The notes below the pieces were generated by a model that did not search any database, was not told the origin of the DNA, and worked only from the letters and a program-made list of their open reading frames with translations. Of a stretch of 64,000 bases of DNA, positions 27,305 through 41,872 are shown one piece after another; position 1 is the first letter of the stretch; each line of letters opens with the position of its first letter. The stretch is from Camelus dromedarius (Eukaryota), in NCBI RefSeq assembly GCF_036321535.1, contig NC_087436.1, positions 12,710,001-12,774,000 of the forward strand. Direction: 5' to 3'. The position numbers and the translations under genes are program-made.

Positions 27305-28789
27305 GAAGTGTCTCTATATACATAAAAACCAAACATTAGTGGGTCGACAAATGTTGAAGTTGTTTTTCTAGTAGGACCTAAGGATTTTCATCAGTGCATC
27401 CTTTACCCAGTCTTAGGATGACGTGAGTACCAAGTAGTATCTAAAAGAAGTCTGAGAGGAGCTAGGGCACCATTTTTAGGCATGGACAGAGATTAATGAC
27501 CTTTTGTTGTGACATAACGTTTAAGTCTAACCTTAATCACAAATAAAATGGTAGGAAGGAAATCTACTTATGCAAAGTGGACAGACAACAATTAGAAGAA
27601 AGACCCACAAAAGTAACAAACAGAAATACAGAGAAGGCATTGAACATTTGTGGGCTGCATTAACTAAGAGTTGAAACTAGAGCTAAAATATCTTATCAAA
27701 TTTTATGGTGTGTAAAGATTAAGTTGATGGGACCAAATATCTTGAGATTATTAGACATTTCAACCTTTTATAGAGAAATATAATACTTATAGAGAAAAGT
27801 TCAAGGAACAAACGTGCAGTTTGATGATTTATCACAAAACAACACCTACGTAGTCACCTCCAATTTTACCTGAGAAGGTTTCCTCCTGCTTCTGCCAATC
27901 ACCACCATCCTCAATACAGGTAATCGCTATCTTGACATTTATGAAAACCATTTCCTTGCTTTTCTTTGTAGTCTTCCACCGAAGCGTGCATCTCAAAACA
28001 CTAGTTTATTTTTGTCTTTCTTTTGAAGTTTATATAAACAGAATTAGAGTACATCAACTTTTGTTCCTGACTTACTTTATTTAACATTGTGTTTGTGAGA
28101 TTCATGCATGTTACTGAATATCACTGTAAGTTGTTCAGCTACATAAAGTATATACTATGCCTTTTCATTACTATATAGTATTTACATGAAGATATGGACT
28201 TTTTTTTTTAATTGAAGTACAGTCAGTTACAATGTGTCAGTTTCTGGTGTACAGTAATGTCCCAGTCATGCATATGCATACATATATTCATTTTCATATT
28301 CTTTTTCATTAAAGGTTATTATAAGATATTGAGCATAGTTCTCTGTGCTATACAGAAGAAATATGGTTTTTTAAAATCTATTTTTATATATAGTGGCAAA
28401 CATCTTTTTAACTTATGAAGTTGATTCATTTAAGGGAGAGAAACAAGAAAAGTTTCTTAAATTCAATGGAGAGCGCTGATTCTGATTGATCTGGCAGAGG
28501 GGGAAGATGCAGGGAGAACTGAGGTTTCTTCCTCCATTTTTTGCCCCCGGAGAAACACTTGAGGCCATGCTCCAAACCAAACAGCTCTGTCTTCTGTCAT
28601 GAAGGAGGAGCAAGGAGACAATGGCTCTGTGGGCAGAGTGTGTGCACTTGGTATGACAGAAAGAGCATGTGTGTTCAGTTCTAGTTGTTATTCTGTTAAT
28701 TCTTGATATTAACTTTGATATATTTGCTGTGTTTTGGCCATAAAACCCAAAAAAGTTCTATTAATCACAGACTATTTGATTACAAAAAG

Positions 28790-29215
28790 GGTTGCTGCTT
28801 TGGGTTGGATCAGGTTATTGTTCAGCAAATACTCAGCCCCCTCCACCTCTCTTGGAATGAAGTATGTTTTCTGGTCTTTGAGCTTGGCCATGTCACATGC
28901 TTTGGCCACTGGGAAATCAGAGGTGTGATACCAACAGCACCTCCAAATATGCTTGAGTGTTGGACTCAGACTCTTGTGTTCTAGTGATCTGCTGGGGACG
29001 AGCAAGCCTTGGTGGCCTCTTCCCTGGAGCCCCAGAATGAAAAATGTGGAGCAGACTTGAACCCATATCACAGCCCAACCAACCCACAACTTGGAACAGA
29101 ACTGCCCAGCCCAGCTAAGCCTACGTCAGTCTAGCTGCAGTTGACCATGTGCTTGAGAATAAATGCCCATTATTGTGAGTCACTGAGTGTGGAGAATTTT
29201 GCCATTACAGCAGTA
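28790..29215 (+). mobile_element. MaLR (MLT1-like) LTR
   Basis: ttggccatgtcacatgctttggcc...tgtggagcagacttgaaccc...aataaatgcccattattgtgagtcactgag pattern. Confidence 0.65.
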
Positions 29216-29935
29216 GATGGTTTTATAGTTGCAGTCAGAGGTGTAAAGGTCAGGTCATTATCACTCCATCATAGTGGACTTGGCTCCATTAACTTCATTC
29301 TGCATTTGCTCAATGAAACCTGAGAGTCTGGTTTCAAGATTTCTTTTTTTAGTGCAAATTCTAAATACACAGGGGACTCCTACCAGACCCCCTTGGAATT
29401 TGAGGAAAGGGCTGATAGGAGATGGGAATATTTATCCTCAGGTTTAGTGGAGAGGAGCAAGGATCAGTAACGGACTTCTTGCCAGAGGTACGGTGAGCAA
29501 AATGGCAGAAGACTCTTCCCTGCATCCAGGTTAGCAGGTACGCTGCTCTGGGCTTACTGAGAAAGGGAGGAGACCCCCTACTTTGGTTGGAAGCATACAG
29601 AGAGTTAGAGCACAGGTAAGTTATGTTTTTTAGCAGCTAACTAGCTTTGTTGAGGTCAACAAAGCTGTAACCTAGGAAAAGTTCAACTTTAGAGGTAAAA
29701 ACTGCATGGAGAAATGGTAAATTTCATATCCTGCTGGTAGGAGTGTAATTTGGTCTAAACACTTCAGAGAACTTGGTGTAATTAGAAGTTACTTTGGAGA
29801 ACAAGCATATATTACATAAAGTTGAAGACGCTTATCTCTTAAGACCCAGTAATTTGGTGCCAGATATGTCCCAATAGGACTCAACAGGACTGGGGCCACA
29901 CCAGGGGGGCATTTTTGTTCATAAGAATGATATAA

Positions 29936-30106
29936 GGGAGGGTATAGCTTAAGTGGTAGAGTGCATGCTTAGCATGAACAGTGTCCTGGGTTCCATCCCC
30001 AGGACCTCCTCAAAAAAATAAAAATAAATAATAAATAAATAAGTAAACCTAATTAACCTCCCCCAAGAAAAGAAAAGAAAATTTTAAAAATTAAAAAAAA
30101 AAAAAA
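29936..30106 (+). mobile_element. tRNA-derived SINE
   Basis: GGGAGGGTATAGCTTAAGTGGTAGAG...; TSD AAGAATGAT. Confidence 0.88.
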
Positions 30107-31136
30107 AAGAATGATGGAGAGTTTACTGTCAGGTAGTAGGTGGGAGCGAGGTATCCCATTTGTCCTGCACCTTGAAGGCTCATTCCATTCAAAACAGAAC
30201 TGTCCAAGGTCCTCCATGATGTCAGAGGTTCTACTAGAACACTCACGCAGATGAGCAGCCCGTTTATCCAAGACTATAACATAGCTTTGCTTTAGGTACA
30301 AATACCAAAATATTTTTGTAAGATTTTAATATATATAAATTTCCCAGGGATGCAACTTCTAGTAAAGGGAAGACTGTATTTCATCTTGCTCAGAAACTTA
30401 CCAAGAGTTTTTCAAGTCACCAATAGCAACATCACTTTCGAGGTTTGAGTTTCCAATATCACGAGCCTCTGTGAGTCTGCATTTGCAGATGACTTCAGTT
30501 TGTCTCCTAATGCACTGCTAAGTATCTGTGGCCATTGATGTATTGAAATACCTGTTATTTGATTCATTAGTTTTCTTGTATTTCTACTTTATATCACAGT
30601 AAATATATTTGATTTTTCTAAATGTGTGCAAATGAGTTAAATTACTTACAAATTTCATTTCAAGATAGTAATAGAGGTGATACAAAATATATTTGTTATG
30701 AGTACACTGAGTGTCTCAGTATTGAGAATTACTGCCCTAGATAAATTCTCATATGCACCCAAAGAGAAAAACGTAGTCCAGAACTGTGGTCTCCAATACA
30801 GTGGTCATTAACCACATTCATTAAAATTAAGTAGTTAAAAGTTAGGTCCCAGAGTCACACTAGCCATATTCTAAATGCTCAGAAGCCATATGTGGCTAGG
30901 GGCTGCAGTATTGTAGAGTACAGATACAAGACATTTCCATCCAGGCAGAAATTTCTATTGGTCTAGAATGTTAAGGCAATCATATTTATAATATCAAAAA
31001 CCTGGAAACAATCTATACGTCCATGAACAAGGGAATGCATAAGTAACTGGAATGCTATCCAGCGGAGTAAGTGAATGGTTACCCGTATTGACATAGATGA
31101 ATAGCACAATAATACTGAGAAAAAAAAAGACCTGTG

Positions 31137-31266
31137 GGTTTTGGTTTTTTTGGGGGGGAGGAGGAGGTAACTAGGTTTATTTATTTAATGGAGGTACTAG
31201 GGATTGAACCCAGGACCTCATGCATGCTAGGCCTGTGCTCTACCACTGAGCTATACCCTCCCCCTC
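31137..31266 (-). mobile_element. tRNA-derived SINE
   Basis: Reverse complement of the same head; TSD AAGACCTGTG. Confidence 0.88.
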
Positions 31267-31358
31267 AAGACCTGTGTTTTGACACCATTTAAACATAACA
31301 ATAATATGTGTGGTTTAGGGGTCAATGTATAACAAAAGTATTTTAAAAATGCATGGGT

Positions 31359-31580
31359 TTAGGAATTTGGGATGTACAGATACAAACTACTATATATAAA
31401 ATAAACAATAAGGACCTACTGTATAGCACAGGGAACTATATTCAATATCCTGTAATGAGCTGTAATGGAAAAGAACCTGAAAAAAAATGCATGTATATGT
31501 ATAACTGAATCACTTTGCTGTACACCTGAAACTAACATTGTAAACCGACTACACTTCAATAAAAAATAAGAATTAAAAAA
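31359..31580 (+). mobile_element. Short L1 3' end
   Basis: ctgtatagcacagggaactatattcaatatc L1 3' UTR motif; TSD-like AAAAAT(T)GCATGGG. Confidence 0.75.
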
Positions 31581-31789
31581 ATTGCATGGGAAGGATAAGT
31601 CCCAAATTCAGGATAGCAGTTACCCCAGCAAGGAAGGAGACGCAATTGGAGAAAAGTAAAATGAGGACTTACCTGCACTGATAATATTTTATTTCTTTGG
31701 ATATAACGTGGGCACACCAGAACTCATTATTGTTCATGTTTTTGATGGAAAGAATATATATTATTATTTATATCTCTTTTGTATGCAAA

Positions 31790-34020
31790 ATAGAATTTTA
31801 AGCAGAGGGCATTTCATGAGCACGGGGCCTTGTTTTGCTCACCTCTCTGTGCTTAGTCCCAGATGAGGCCTGGTACAGCGTAGATGATCTATTAGTATTT
31901 GCTGAACAGTCAACCAAACGTGCAAAAGTTCATCCAGTCTCAGTTTTGACTCTTAGAAACAGAATGTTTCCATCCTAGCACAAGAGGGTAACCATCCCAA
32001 ACTTTTTTTAATCATGCATTAATTTTACAAATATCTATTATAGGCCTACTCTGTGGCAGGCACCCCTCCAGTGTTAAGGGCACCACCATGAATGCAAATA
32101 AACAGAATTTTCTGCCCTCAAGGGGCTTATATTTAAGGATGTGTGTTGCGGGGGGGTGGTGGGAGGGTGGCAGAGAGTATAATAATGAAGTATAATAATG
32201 AAGAAAACAGATAAAACAGATGTCAGGTGCCCTCAAGACTAATGAAGCACAGAACGGGGACAGGAAGTGTTCAAAGATTTTAGGCAAAAGTAAATAGCGT
32301 GGCCAGGTTGTACTCTTTGAGATTTGACCTTTGAGCTAAGACCTGAAGTGAGGCAGAGGGCCATGAACCTCTGAGTCAGAGGGAGGAGAAAGGGCAAAGA
32401 TGTTCCAGCAGCCTGGAAAGGAGGGCAGGGCAGCTGAAGCAGAGCGAGTGCCTGGGAGACGGTCGGAGGGGACGTCGGGGCCTGGGCAGAGCCCACTACA
32501 CCATTTGAAGGACTTTGGCTTTTACTTTACGTGAGATGAAGGACTTGGAGCAAAGGACAGACATTGTCTGGCTTAACACCTTTACAGGATGACCTTCTTT
32601 CGGTTATCAATGATTGTGGGAAGTAGAAACAGGGACATAAGTTAGGAGATTATTGCAGTAACCAAGGGGGTGGTGGCTGCAATCAGGGTGGCCACGGTGG
32701 GGGTCATCAGGGCGCAGATTTTTGACATGTTTTGAAGACACAGGTGTGGAACTATTGCTGATGGATTGTAGATAAGGCACGAGAAAAGGGAGCAGGCAGG
32801 GATGACACGAAGGTTTTTGGCTTGAAGTTGTCATTTACTGAGAAGAGGGGGACTTGGTTGGATGGCAGTGGGGTGGGCTTCAGTTTGCAATATGTTAAAA
32901 TTGAAGTGTTTCCTAGGCCTCCAAAGTGGAGTTGTTAAGTAAAAAACTGATATATGAGGTTGAGGGTTAAGGGAGACAGAGAAGCTGGAGAAATAAATGT
33001 GAAAGCAGTTAGCATACAGGTGGTATCTGAAGGTTAAAGACAAGATGAGACCATGGGGCAGTATGTGTCGCTGGAAGAGAAGAGAAGTGCAAAGACTATG
33101 TCTTGAGGCGCCACCATGTTTAGAAGTCAGGGAGGAAGAGGAAGATTCAGCAAAGGGGATGGAGGAGGATCAGACGAGGAGGTGAGAGACCCCCATGGAA
33201 ACACAGTGCCATTGAAATAAAAGCAAGAATAAACAAATGGGACCTAATCAAACCTAGAAGCTTTTGCACAGCAAAGGAAACCATAAGCAAAACAAAATGA
33301 CAACCTATGGAATGGGAGAAAATATTTGCAAATGATGCAACTGGCAAAAGGTTTAATTTCCAGAATATACAAACAGCTCATACAACTCAATAACAAAAAA
33401 CAAACAACCCAATCCAAAAATGAGCAGAAGACCTAACCAAGCAATTCTCCAGTGAAGACATACAAATGGCCAATAGGCACATGAAAAAATGTTCAATATT
33501 GCTAATTATCAGAGAAATGCAAAACTACAATGAGGTATACCCCCTCCCACCATCAGAATGGCCATTGTTAAAAATGTTAACCACTATATATAAAAACAGA
33601 CAAAAAACAAGTTTCTTCCATATAGCACAGGGAACTACATTCAGTATCTTGTAATAACTTTTAATGAAAAAAGGATACGAAAATGAATATATGTATATAT
33701 ATGTATGATTGGGACACTGTTTTACACACCAGAAACTGACACATCGTAAATGACTCTAATTCAATTTAAAAAAAGAAAAAGACACAGCACCTTCGGAGCC
33801 AAGTTAAGAAAGTATTTAAAGGAGGAGAGGAGTGACTAGCAGTGTCAAACAATGCTCAGCATCCAGGTAAGATGACAGTAATGGACCTCGGTATGAAACC
33901 AAAGGTTGTGGGAGACCCTGAGGAGGGGCACTTCTAGAGGAAGGGTGGCTGGTGAAGCCCTTCTCGAAGTGGGTTCAGAAGAGAGTAGAGAGGAAAGAGT
34001 AAACAGGACAGACAATTCTT
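31790..34020. mobile_element. Ancient L2 fragments, interrupted by the L1 at 33211; similar L2 relics at about 8700-9760, 39870-40530, 41720-42950 and 45830-47000
   Basis: Typical L2 motifs (tttgagctaagacctgaag, gactttggcttttact, gaaggtttttggcttga, ggatggcagtg). Confidence 0.65.
33211..33780 (+). mobile_element. L1 fragment (ORF2 piece fused to a 3' UTR end) inserted in an L2
   Basis: Matches the ORF2 segment at about 52635-52990, then switches to an L1 3' end with A tail; imperfect TSD ACACAGTGCC / ACACAGCACC. Confidence 0.8.
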
Positions 34021-34702
34021 CCAAGGCCTTATCTTTTTCTTCTTTTTCAGCCTTATCTGACTTTTAGACAGAAAGAGAGAGAAGTCACACATTCCTGATT
34101 AAACTGACACAAAAACATACCGAGAGTCAGTCATCTAATCACCCCATATCTTATCCCAAAGGAACAGAACTCAAAGCAGCCCGGAAAATTCCACCGAAGT
34201 ACAAGAACGTGCTTGACTTTCTACAAATACAAAGAACTGTCTTCTGTGCCAGGAGAAACTGAACGAGGGATTCTGGCAGGAGAAGGAGAAACCTAAGGGA
34301 GGTGGTCACGTTCCTCTAATTGTGTTATGTTAAGCCCAAGAATTGTCTTTCATTTGTCAACAAATCAAATTTCCCTCATTGTAAATTAGCAATTGGAAGA
34401 ATCGATTACCTCCGCCTTATGCTATTTCTTTGAAAAGCCATTTATCTCCTGAGAACTTTAACCCCGGGACCAGTTCACCTGTCTGGTTCCTCCAGGAAAA
34501 ACAAAGTTGATTCTCAGATAAGGCCCGCTCACTGTTCAGGAACCTTGGCAGGGCTCCCGTGAGTCTCAGGAGATTTGTGACCAAGATGTGCCAGGAGGGC
34601 ATGCCGCGGACCCCTGATCTGGCCCTGCCCTCACCCTCCAGAAAGCTGCGCCAAGGGGAACGACAGATAGAAGACACCCCAGCGTATGGTCAGCAAACTT
34701 AC

Positions 34703-34742
34703 ACCTTGGGACGTCCTCCAACCACTGCCATCAGACCAGGTG
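34703..34742 (-). pseudogene. AtuA-like exon D (40 nt, phase 1 to 2)
   Basis: Strong poly-T acceptor ending ttcttctttag, donor GT|gtaagt; (A)PGLMAVVGGRPK(V); phase fits the ATG G end of exon C. Confidence 0.88.
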
Positions 34743-35149
34743 CTAAAGAAGAAAAAAAAAATTAGAACACTTTCCTTTTTATAATAAAAGGATTTGCTAA
34801 AGTAGCAAACTATAACTCCAGGGTGGCCCCATGTAACAAAGGATTAATTTTCTAATACAACAGGGCGCTGTTAGTTCTCAGAAATGACAGGAGAAACAAC
34901 GGTCAGAATTTGTTAAGTAGGAGTCAGTGAATGGAGGAATAATTGGACAATTAAAACTTCTTACAGAAGAGAGTCATGTTCTTACATCTGAGAAAGCAGA
35001 AAGAGAGGAAAAGGCAAAAATGTTCCCTCACATTTATTGAGTCAAATTTTATTTATTTGAAACATTCTTCTAATGTTCAAGTATTCAATTTGTAGAATCA
35101 ACTATTTTAATAGCCAACAGAAATCTTAAAATTTATTAAAGAAAATCAT

Positions 35150-35270
35150 TTTTGGTTATTTTGGGGGGACGCAGGGTAATTAGATTATTTATTTATTTAA
35201 TTATTTATTTATTTAATGAAGCTACTGAGGATTGAACCCAGGACCTTGTGCATGCTAAGCACGCACACTA
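35150..35270 (-). mobile_element. tRNA-derived SINE, 5'-truncated
   Basis: gattgaacccaggaccttgtgcatgctaagcacg with TTTA tail. Confidence 0.8.
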
Positions 35271-38200
35271 TGGTTATGTTTTTTTGATGGAGACATCTTT
35301 TCTTTGCTCTAAAAACCAAAATGTAATCAGAAATTTTTAGCCTTCCCCTTAAATAGAAACTTTTAACTTGAGCTAGAGTAGAAAAAAATGAACTAATTCC
35401 TCTTTATCTCTGCTCATATGCACCATCTAGTGGATTCATAATTTAATCAAAACAGGAATGAGGAAAGAGCTATGTGATCTAATAACTCAAGTCAAAGATG
35501 CTGGATAAAAACATGGCAAGGAGATTATTATAAGAAAAAAATTAGAGTTTGGCATATTAGAGTATCCTGTCTGCATAGTAAGTCCATCTTGGAATGTTAG
35601 CTGGATATCTAGGTATTTGACATATTTGTAAAAGGTAAGGAAGGAATCAAACAATTATACTGGGAAGAGTAATCATAAAGTTAAGTTACTCTGAAGAAGG
35701 AAGTTAACTGAACTTTCATTCATTAACATAAAGCACAGACATGCAATATTTAGGTGTATTTCACATTATAAGAAAGAACACACCAGCATTCAAGATTTAT
35801 GTGTATTTCACGCGATTACCACACACTGGTAGCATTCTAATACCATCAATTACAAGGCTTTAGAAATCAACCAGTGTGGTTTTCCCATTTTACAAATGAA
35901 AAAAACTGAAGCCCCGAGAAGTGAAGTGATTTGCTGCAGGCCACAGTTCTGCAGGGGTAGGATCAGAACTCAGCTCTCCTGTGACTCAACAGAATAATTT
36001 TTCCCGCTACCCTAGCCTGGTAGAGCAAAAAGTGGTGCACACGACAGACACTGATCTCCAAACAAATAAATATATAATTTCATCCTTCTGTGAGAGAGAC
36101 TAGTAAGGGAGTCTAATTTAGACTGGAGACATTTTCTCCGTGAAAGTCACAGATGAAAGAAGAGCATAAGCAAAGGAAGTGAGCATTTCAGGCGACAGGA
36201 AGAATATACATGAAAGTGCGTGCAGTCTCTCATTCCTGAGATTAAAACCCTGGACTGGGTTTTAATCCTAAACGCAAAGGAACTCATAGAAAGATGCTAA
36301 GCAGAGAAGCCTTGGGCCCAATATTTTGACTCTTTAAAGATCACTCTTTAAAAGAAAAGTATTTTCTTCTTGAATGTGTAAACTACATACAGTATCAAGT
36401 TCAATAAAGGGTATTCATTAAAAATCACCTCTCTCCCATGCTTGTCTTACAACTACTCAGTTCTGTCCCAGACCAAACTTTCTCTCTTTCTTCCTTTCTT
36501 TTTTTTTAACAAAAATTGTAATATACATATTGTTTTGCATTTTACTTTATTCCTTTAACCATCTTGGAGCACCTTTCACAGCAGCTCAGAGCTGACCAAA
36601 AGCTACATAGTATAATATTATTGCATGGACATACCACTCTTTATTTTAAATCAGTTCTCCATTGATGGACGTTCAGCAGATACACACACACATATGTGTA
36701 TGTACGTGTGTATATATATATGCGCCACATTGAATATGCATATATCACTTTGCCCTTCTGTAAGATACCTGAAGGCTAAATTCCCAGAAATAAACAGGCA
36801 GGCCAGCAAGTCTCTATATACATTTAATTTGGATAGATATTGCCAAGTTGTTCCCCAAAATGAGTGAATTAACTTGCACCCCCACTGATGAGTTGAAAGC
36901 CTATGATCCTCTACTTCTTGGCAACAAAATGTAGGATCAGAATTTTTTAACTTCGCCACCCTAAGAGGTGGCAAAGGCATCCCCTTGTAGCTTGTATTTC
37001 TCTTATAATGAGAGCAGATCACCTCCGCTGCACGCGGGAATGCCTTGAATGGGACAAGGGTGAAGTCAGGGAGACAAGTGAGAAGCTCATGCAGTAAGCC
37101 CTGCACGAAGTGCCTGTGGTGTGGCGGCGGAGACGGTGAGAGGGCTCGGACGCACAACGTATTGTGCGGGTAGAAAGTGAATATCTACCAACAATGGATT
37201 GTTTTCCCTTGAAAGAACAGCTGGCTTTACATGATGATCATTATATTTGCTGCTTATTCACTTTCATTAGCTACTTTAACTTTGAACTTTTGTTTTTGTG
37301 AAGATGAGCACCAAAATACCAAAAAGCATGTTGCTGTTTGCCTCCCATCAACTTACAGAGCGAGGAAGCTCAATTAATCTTAGTTAACTTTTACTTTCTT
37401 GTCAATACCACTTAATGTTAGTTTCTCTAGGTCTCAGAATAAATTGGCCTGTCCAGTCTATTTAGGACAACTTTTTATTTTCTGGTCTTTCCATCTCTAC
37501 TTAATATTTTGAGCAGAGACATAAAAATATATGACCTCGTACATATAAGGCTATGGCTGAAGCACCATTTATAGGATCAAAGGACTTGGAAACAACTCAA
37601 ATGTCCATCACAGGGGACTGTCCCATTTATAGGACAGAATATAATGTAGTTGTGAAAAGGAACTGAGGACATTAGGAAGAATGAAACTATAATCTATTAG
37701 ACTAAAAAAGCAATGACTTGCATGCTATCTGTGTGAGAAATGGAGGCATTGTACATAATACTACTTTTTTTTTCCAAAAAGAAGTTGTATATAAATGCTT
37801 GTCCACACATAGAACATAGAAGGATTTACAAGAAAGAGTTACCTTCTGGAGGGCAATCAGGGACTGGGAGTTGGGGTGGGAAGCTGACAATTCTCATTCT
37901 ACTTTCCATTGTACTGTTTAAATTCTGTCCCTTGTGGACTCACTATCTTTTTCAGTAAACACAGAAGTAAAATTGTGCATCTCAGCCAAAGCCAGCCATG
38001 CTGTCTCCCTCTTCTTTCACTCCCTGCCTTTTCTCTGCCCCTCAGATCTGCACTCACACCCTGATTACACGGCTCTAGTCAGACTCCACTTTCTTGAATT
38101 AATTGATGCTAACGTCTTTTAGACATGTTACAAGCTTCATGGGAAAGCTTCTGCCTGAACTCTGCACTGCTGATAATCTAGTCTGTCTACTAACAAAACT

Positions 38201-39239
38201 ACATTATTCTGGCTTTTGTTTATCACTCTTGCTCCTATTCGCTGCACTCTGTCATCCTAAGCTTTCCTTGTCCACAGAAAATGGCACAGAAGACCCCAAG
38301 TAGATATTATATAATATTCACCATAAACAGTAGCTTGAATGAGATTTTGTTTAAAAGCTGAGATAATTTTAAGGAGCAGAGGTTTGATAGTAGGTGTGCC
38401 CTTTGGTACACCATGAGACTAGACTATAGGAAAGATCTGTCATGACATACAGTTGGTCCCTGAGACTTCTCCTTGCCCTAACAGGTTCTGTTGTGAAAAA
38501 GGAAGCAGCAAAAATAAACATTAGTGATGAAATTTCTACATACTATTGCTATTGGCATCTCTTTACATAAAGTTAATTTGGAGCAGAAAGTGGTCAGTCA
38601 CATTCAGAGGATGAAACTCCAGTCTTGGTTCTGTAGAGTTTAACTACATGTTTTTAATTATTCTACTTGCTCTAAGTCCAGAAGATGAAACTTTTTTTTT
38701 TTGGAGGAGGGGGAAGGATATTTCCCTCCAAACAAAAGGGGAGAATGTAGCCAACTGTTAAACCAAGGACCTTTCTTAAAGCGTTTTCCAACACACTTAA
38801 GAGATCAGTCATAATATTTATATATACTCAAGCGCTTTGAAATCTCAAGCTGTTTTAACCAGCTGTCATTTTGGTGTCAAACTCCGGTCATTTTCATGTG
38901 AAACGAAGGTCAACAGCGGGTCTGTCTTACTCTCCTCCTATTAGTGAAATGCTCTACAGTTCAAGAACTCTGCTTCAGCTCCCAACACTAAGTCCCTGTC
39001 GCACACTCCTGTTATCCAGGTCACATGGGGTTCTATGATTGTTTGCAAATAAAATACATAGAAATGGCAAAAAGCAAAAATAGCACATTAACATTTTAAA
39101 GTATTTAGAACAATCAAAAATATAGACAACCAACTATGGTCTTTACAAGTTTGGCACTGCTTATTAAGAAATGTATCTATCTAAGAATGATTTCCAGTAT
39201 GTGCTCATGCCGATCAATTCTTCCTCTGTGTCTAAAGTA

Positions 39240-39610
39240 AGAGAGCACAAACTTAAGAGGTACAGACTTCCAGCTGCAAAATAAATGAGTCACAGGTATG
39301 AAATGTACAGTGCGGGGAATGTGGCCAATAACTCTGTAACATCTTTGTATGTGATGGCTAGTGACGAGTCTTACCATGGTGATCAGTTTCAAATGCACAG
39401 AAAAATCAAATCACTATGTTGTGTAACAGGAACTAACATAGCGTTGTAGGTCAGTTATACTTCAAAAACCAACCAACCAACCAACCACAGAAAAAGAGAT
39501 CAGATTTGTGATAACCAGAGAGGGTGGGCAAGGACTGAGATGAAGGCAGTCAAAAGGTACAAACTTCCAGTTATAAGAAAAATGAATACAGGGATGTAAT
39601 GTAAAGCAAT
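39240..39610 (+). mobile_element. L1 3' UTR fragments
   Basis: Twice-repeated gtacaracttccag.t..aa L1 3' UTR motif and tcactatgttgt.taac. Confidence 0.65.
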
Positions 39611-41080
39611 ATATATGTGTGTATATGTATGTGTATGTGTGTGTGTGTATATGTATATGTGTGTGTGTGTGTGTATGCCAAATCTACTTCTGGCTTTTTT
39701 TTAGAGTTTTGACACTCACTTAAAATTTTTTCTTGTTAATCTGCATCAGGATAATGAATTATATGGAATTATTTTATTACAAGAATTAGCCATCATATTA
39801 AAGACTAAGGGATTAGAGTGATACATTCTCCCAGTTAGCACTTTGCTGCCATTTGCACCCGGTTCCTTCCCCCATTCGTTGAACATAAATATACTGCACA
39901 TCTGCTGTGAGCCAGGCACTACTTTTGGTGCTGGGGAGTTGGTGGTTCATGATAACAATCACTTGTCTTCTAAGAGCTGACACTGTAGAAGGTGGTAAAG
40001 GCATGACAAATAATGTAACTGCAGACAGGAGTAAGTTTTATGATAACAGGAAGTAGGGTCACAGGCTAGAGAGTGACAGGGGAGCTGCCGCTTCAGTTGT
40101 GGTGTTAAAGACAGCCTCTCTGGGGAGGTCCATCTGAGCTGAGACCTAACTCATGAGAAGACGTCAGGACAGAAGAGAAAGAACAAGAGCCCTGAGTTTG
40201 GCATGTCTGAGGTGCAGCAAGAAGGCAGGGAACAAGGAGTGAGAGGTAGGGTGAGGTCAGGGAGATGGGCAGGGTCCCCCAGAGAGGCTCTGCGGCCATG
40301 GAAGGAGTCTGTATTCTGCTGTAATGGTTGTGGGAAACCACGGCAGGAAGCTCACTCTGGAACTTACGTAGAGACAAGATGCAAGGTTGCAAAGGCAGTG
40401 AGCGACACTAAGAAATCAAAAGGCTTTCGAAACAACCCAGGCAGAGAGGACAGTGATGTAGATTGGAGTTTAGCTCAGGGTATGGTGGGTAGGAAGTGGT
40501 TAGCCTTGGAGGCAGCACTGATAAGGCCTGGCTGAAAAGAGATAAAGAATCTTACAGTTTGCTATACTTGAGCACTTTTCATGTCAAAGAGGATGAGTAA
40601 TAGCTAACGAAAAGCAGGCACATTGCTTTTTCTTAAGGGTGTATAATCCTGTTTCTCCAAAGGCACATTACTCATTGATACCATTTAATCACAAAATACT
40701 AGAACTGGAAGAGATCACAGAGTAACAGAACCTAATTTTCTGGTTTGCTCTAGCTTGAGCAGGCTGGAATCAAGGAAAGCACAGGGAATATCACAAGCTG
40801 CCACTAATGCCTCTTGTTGTAATTATAACAGAAATGCTAAAATGCCAAAATTGGAAATCATTTTTTATGTTCACAGAAAAATTCAGAATGAACAAGACTT
40901 CATTACAAACATTTTTTTTCCCTTGGGACATAATTCTGTGAGCAGCCTAGAGTTCTAAAATAGCAATGGGCTGATCATAACAACAGATTTTCTTTTAATT
41001 TTGTATTTCTAGAGGACATCTTTAACTTAAAATATAATTATTTTTTCAGGACACCAATTTTAATTCAAATGTCTAAGACC

Positions 41081-41370
<290 letters not shown>

Positions 41371-41463
41371 TTTTTCCGCCAGGATGCAGAGGTAACTAGG
41401 TTTATTTACTTATTTATGTATTTATTTTTTAAGTGGAGGTACTAGGGATTTAACCCAGGACCC
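41371..41463 (-). mobile_element. 5'-truncated SINE whose tail is the adjacent microsatellite
   Basis: gaggtaactaggtttattt...ggaggtactagggatttaacccaggac; TSD TCTAAGAC at 41072 and 41466. Confidence 0.75.
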
Positions 41464-41872
41464 TATCTAAGACTTTCTTAATAAGACCCCAATTAAGGTC
41501 CTATACCATAGCTTTAAGCATTAGAAAAATAGTTGCCCTGAAAAAATAAATCCTATTTATGGAAATACTATACTTGAATGTAGAGCTGAGTAAAATGTTA
41601 ATATGGAAGTGTGTTCCCAATTAACAACTATGATTTAAAACAGTAATAGTTTATTTTAAAACCTTCATATTCTTCATATCCTAGAGATAGTGAAAAATCT
41701 GTGTGGAAGAGAAGAAATGATTTATTCAACAAATATTTACTGAGTATCTATAGGGGCTGGCATTGCTGTAGCCATTAAGGATACAACGGTGGTCAAGAGA
41801 GACCGAAGTCCTTGACTGCACGGAACCTACATTCTGATGGTGGAAGAAAGGCAAAAAAAAAGCAATTAATTT

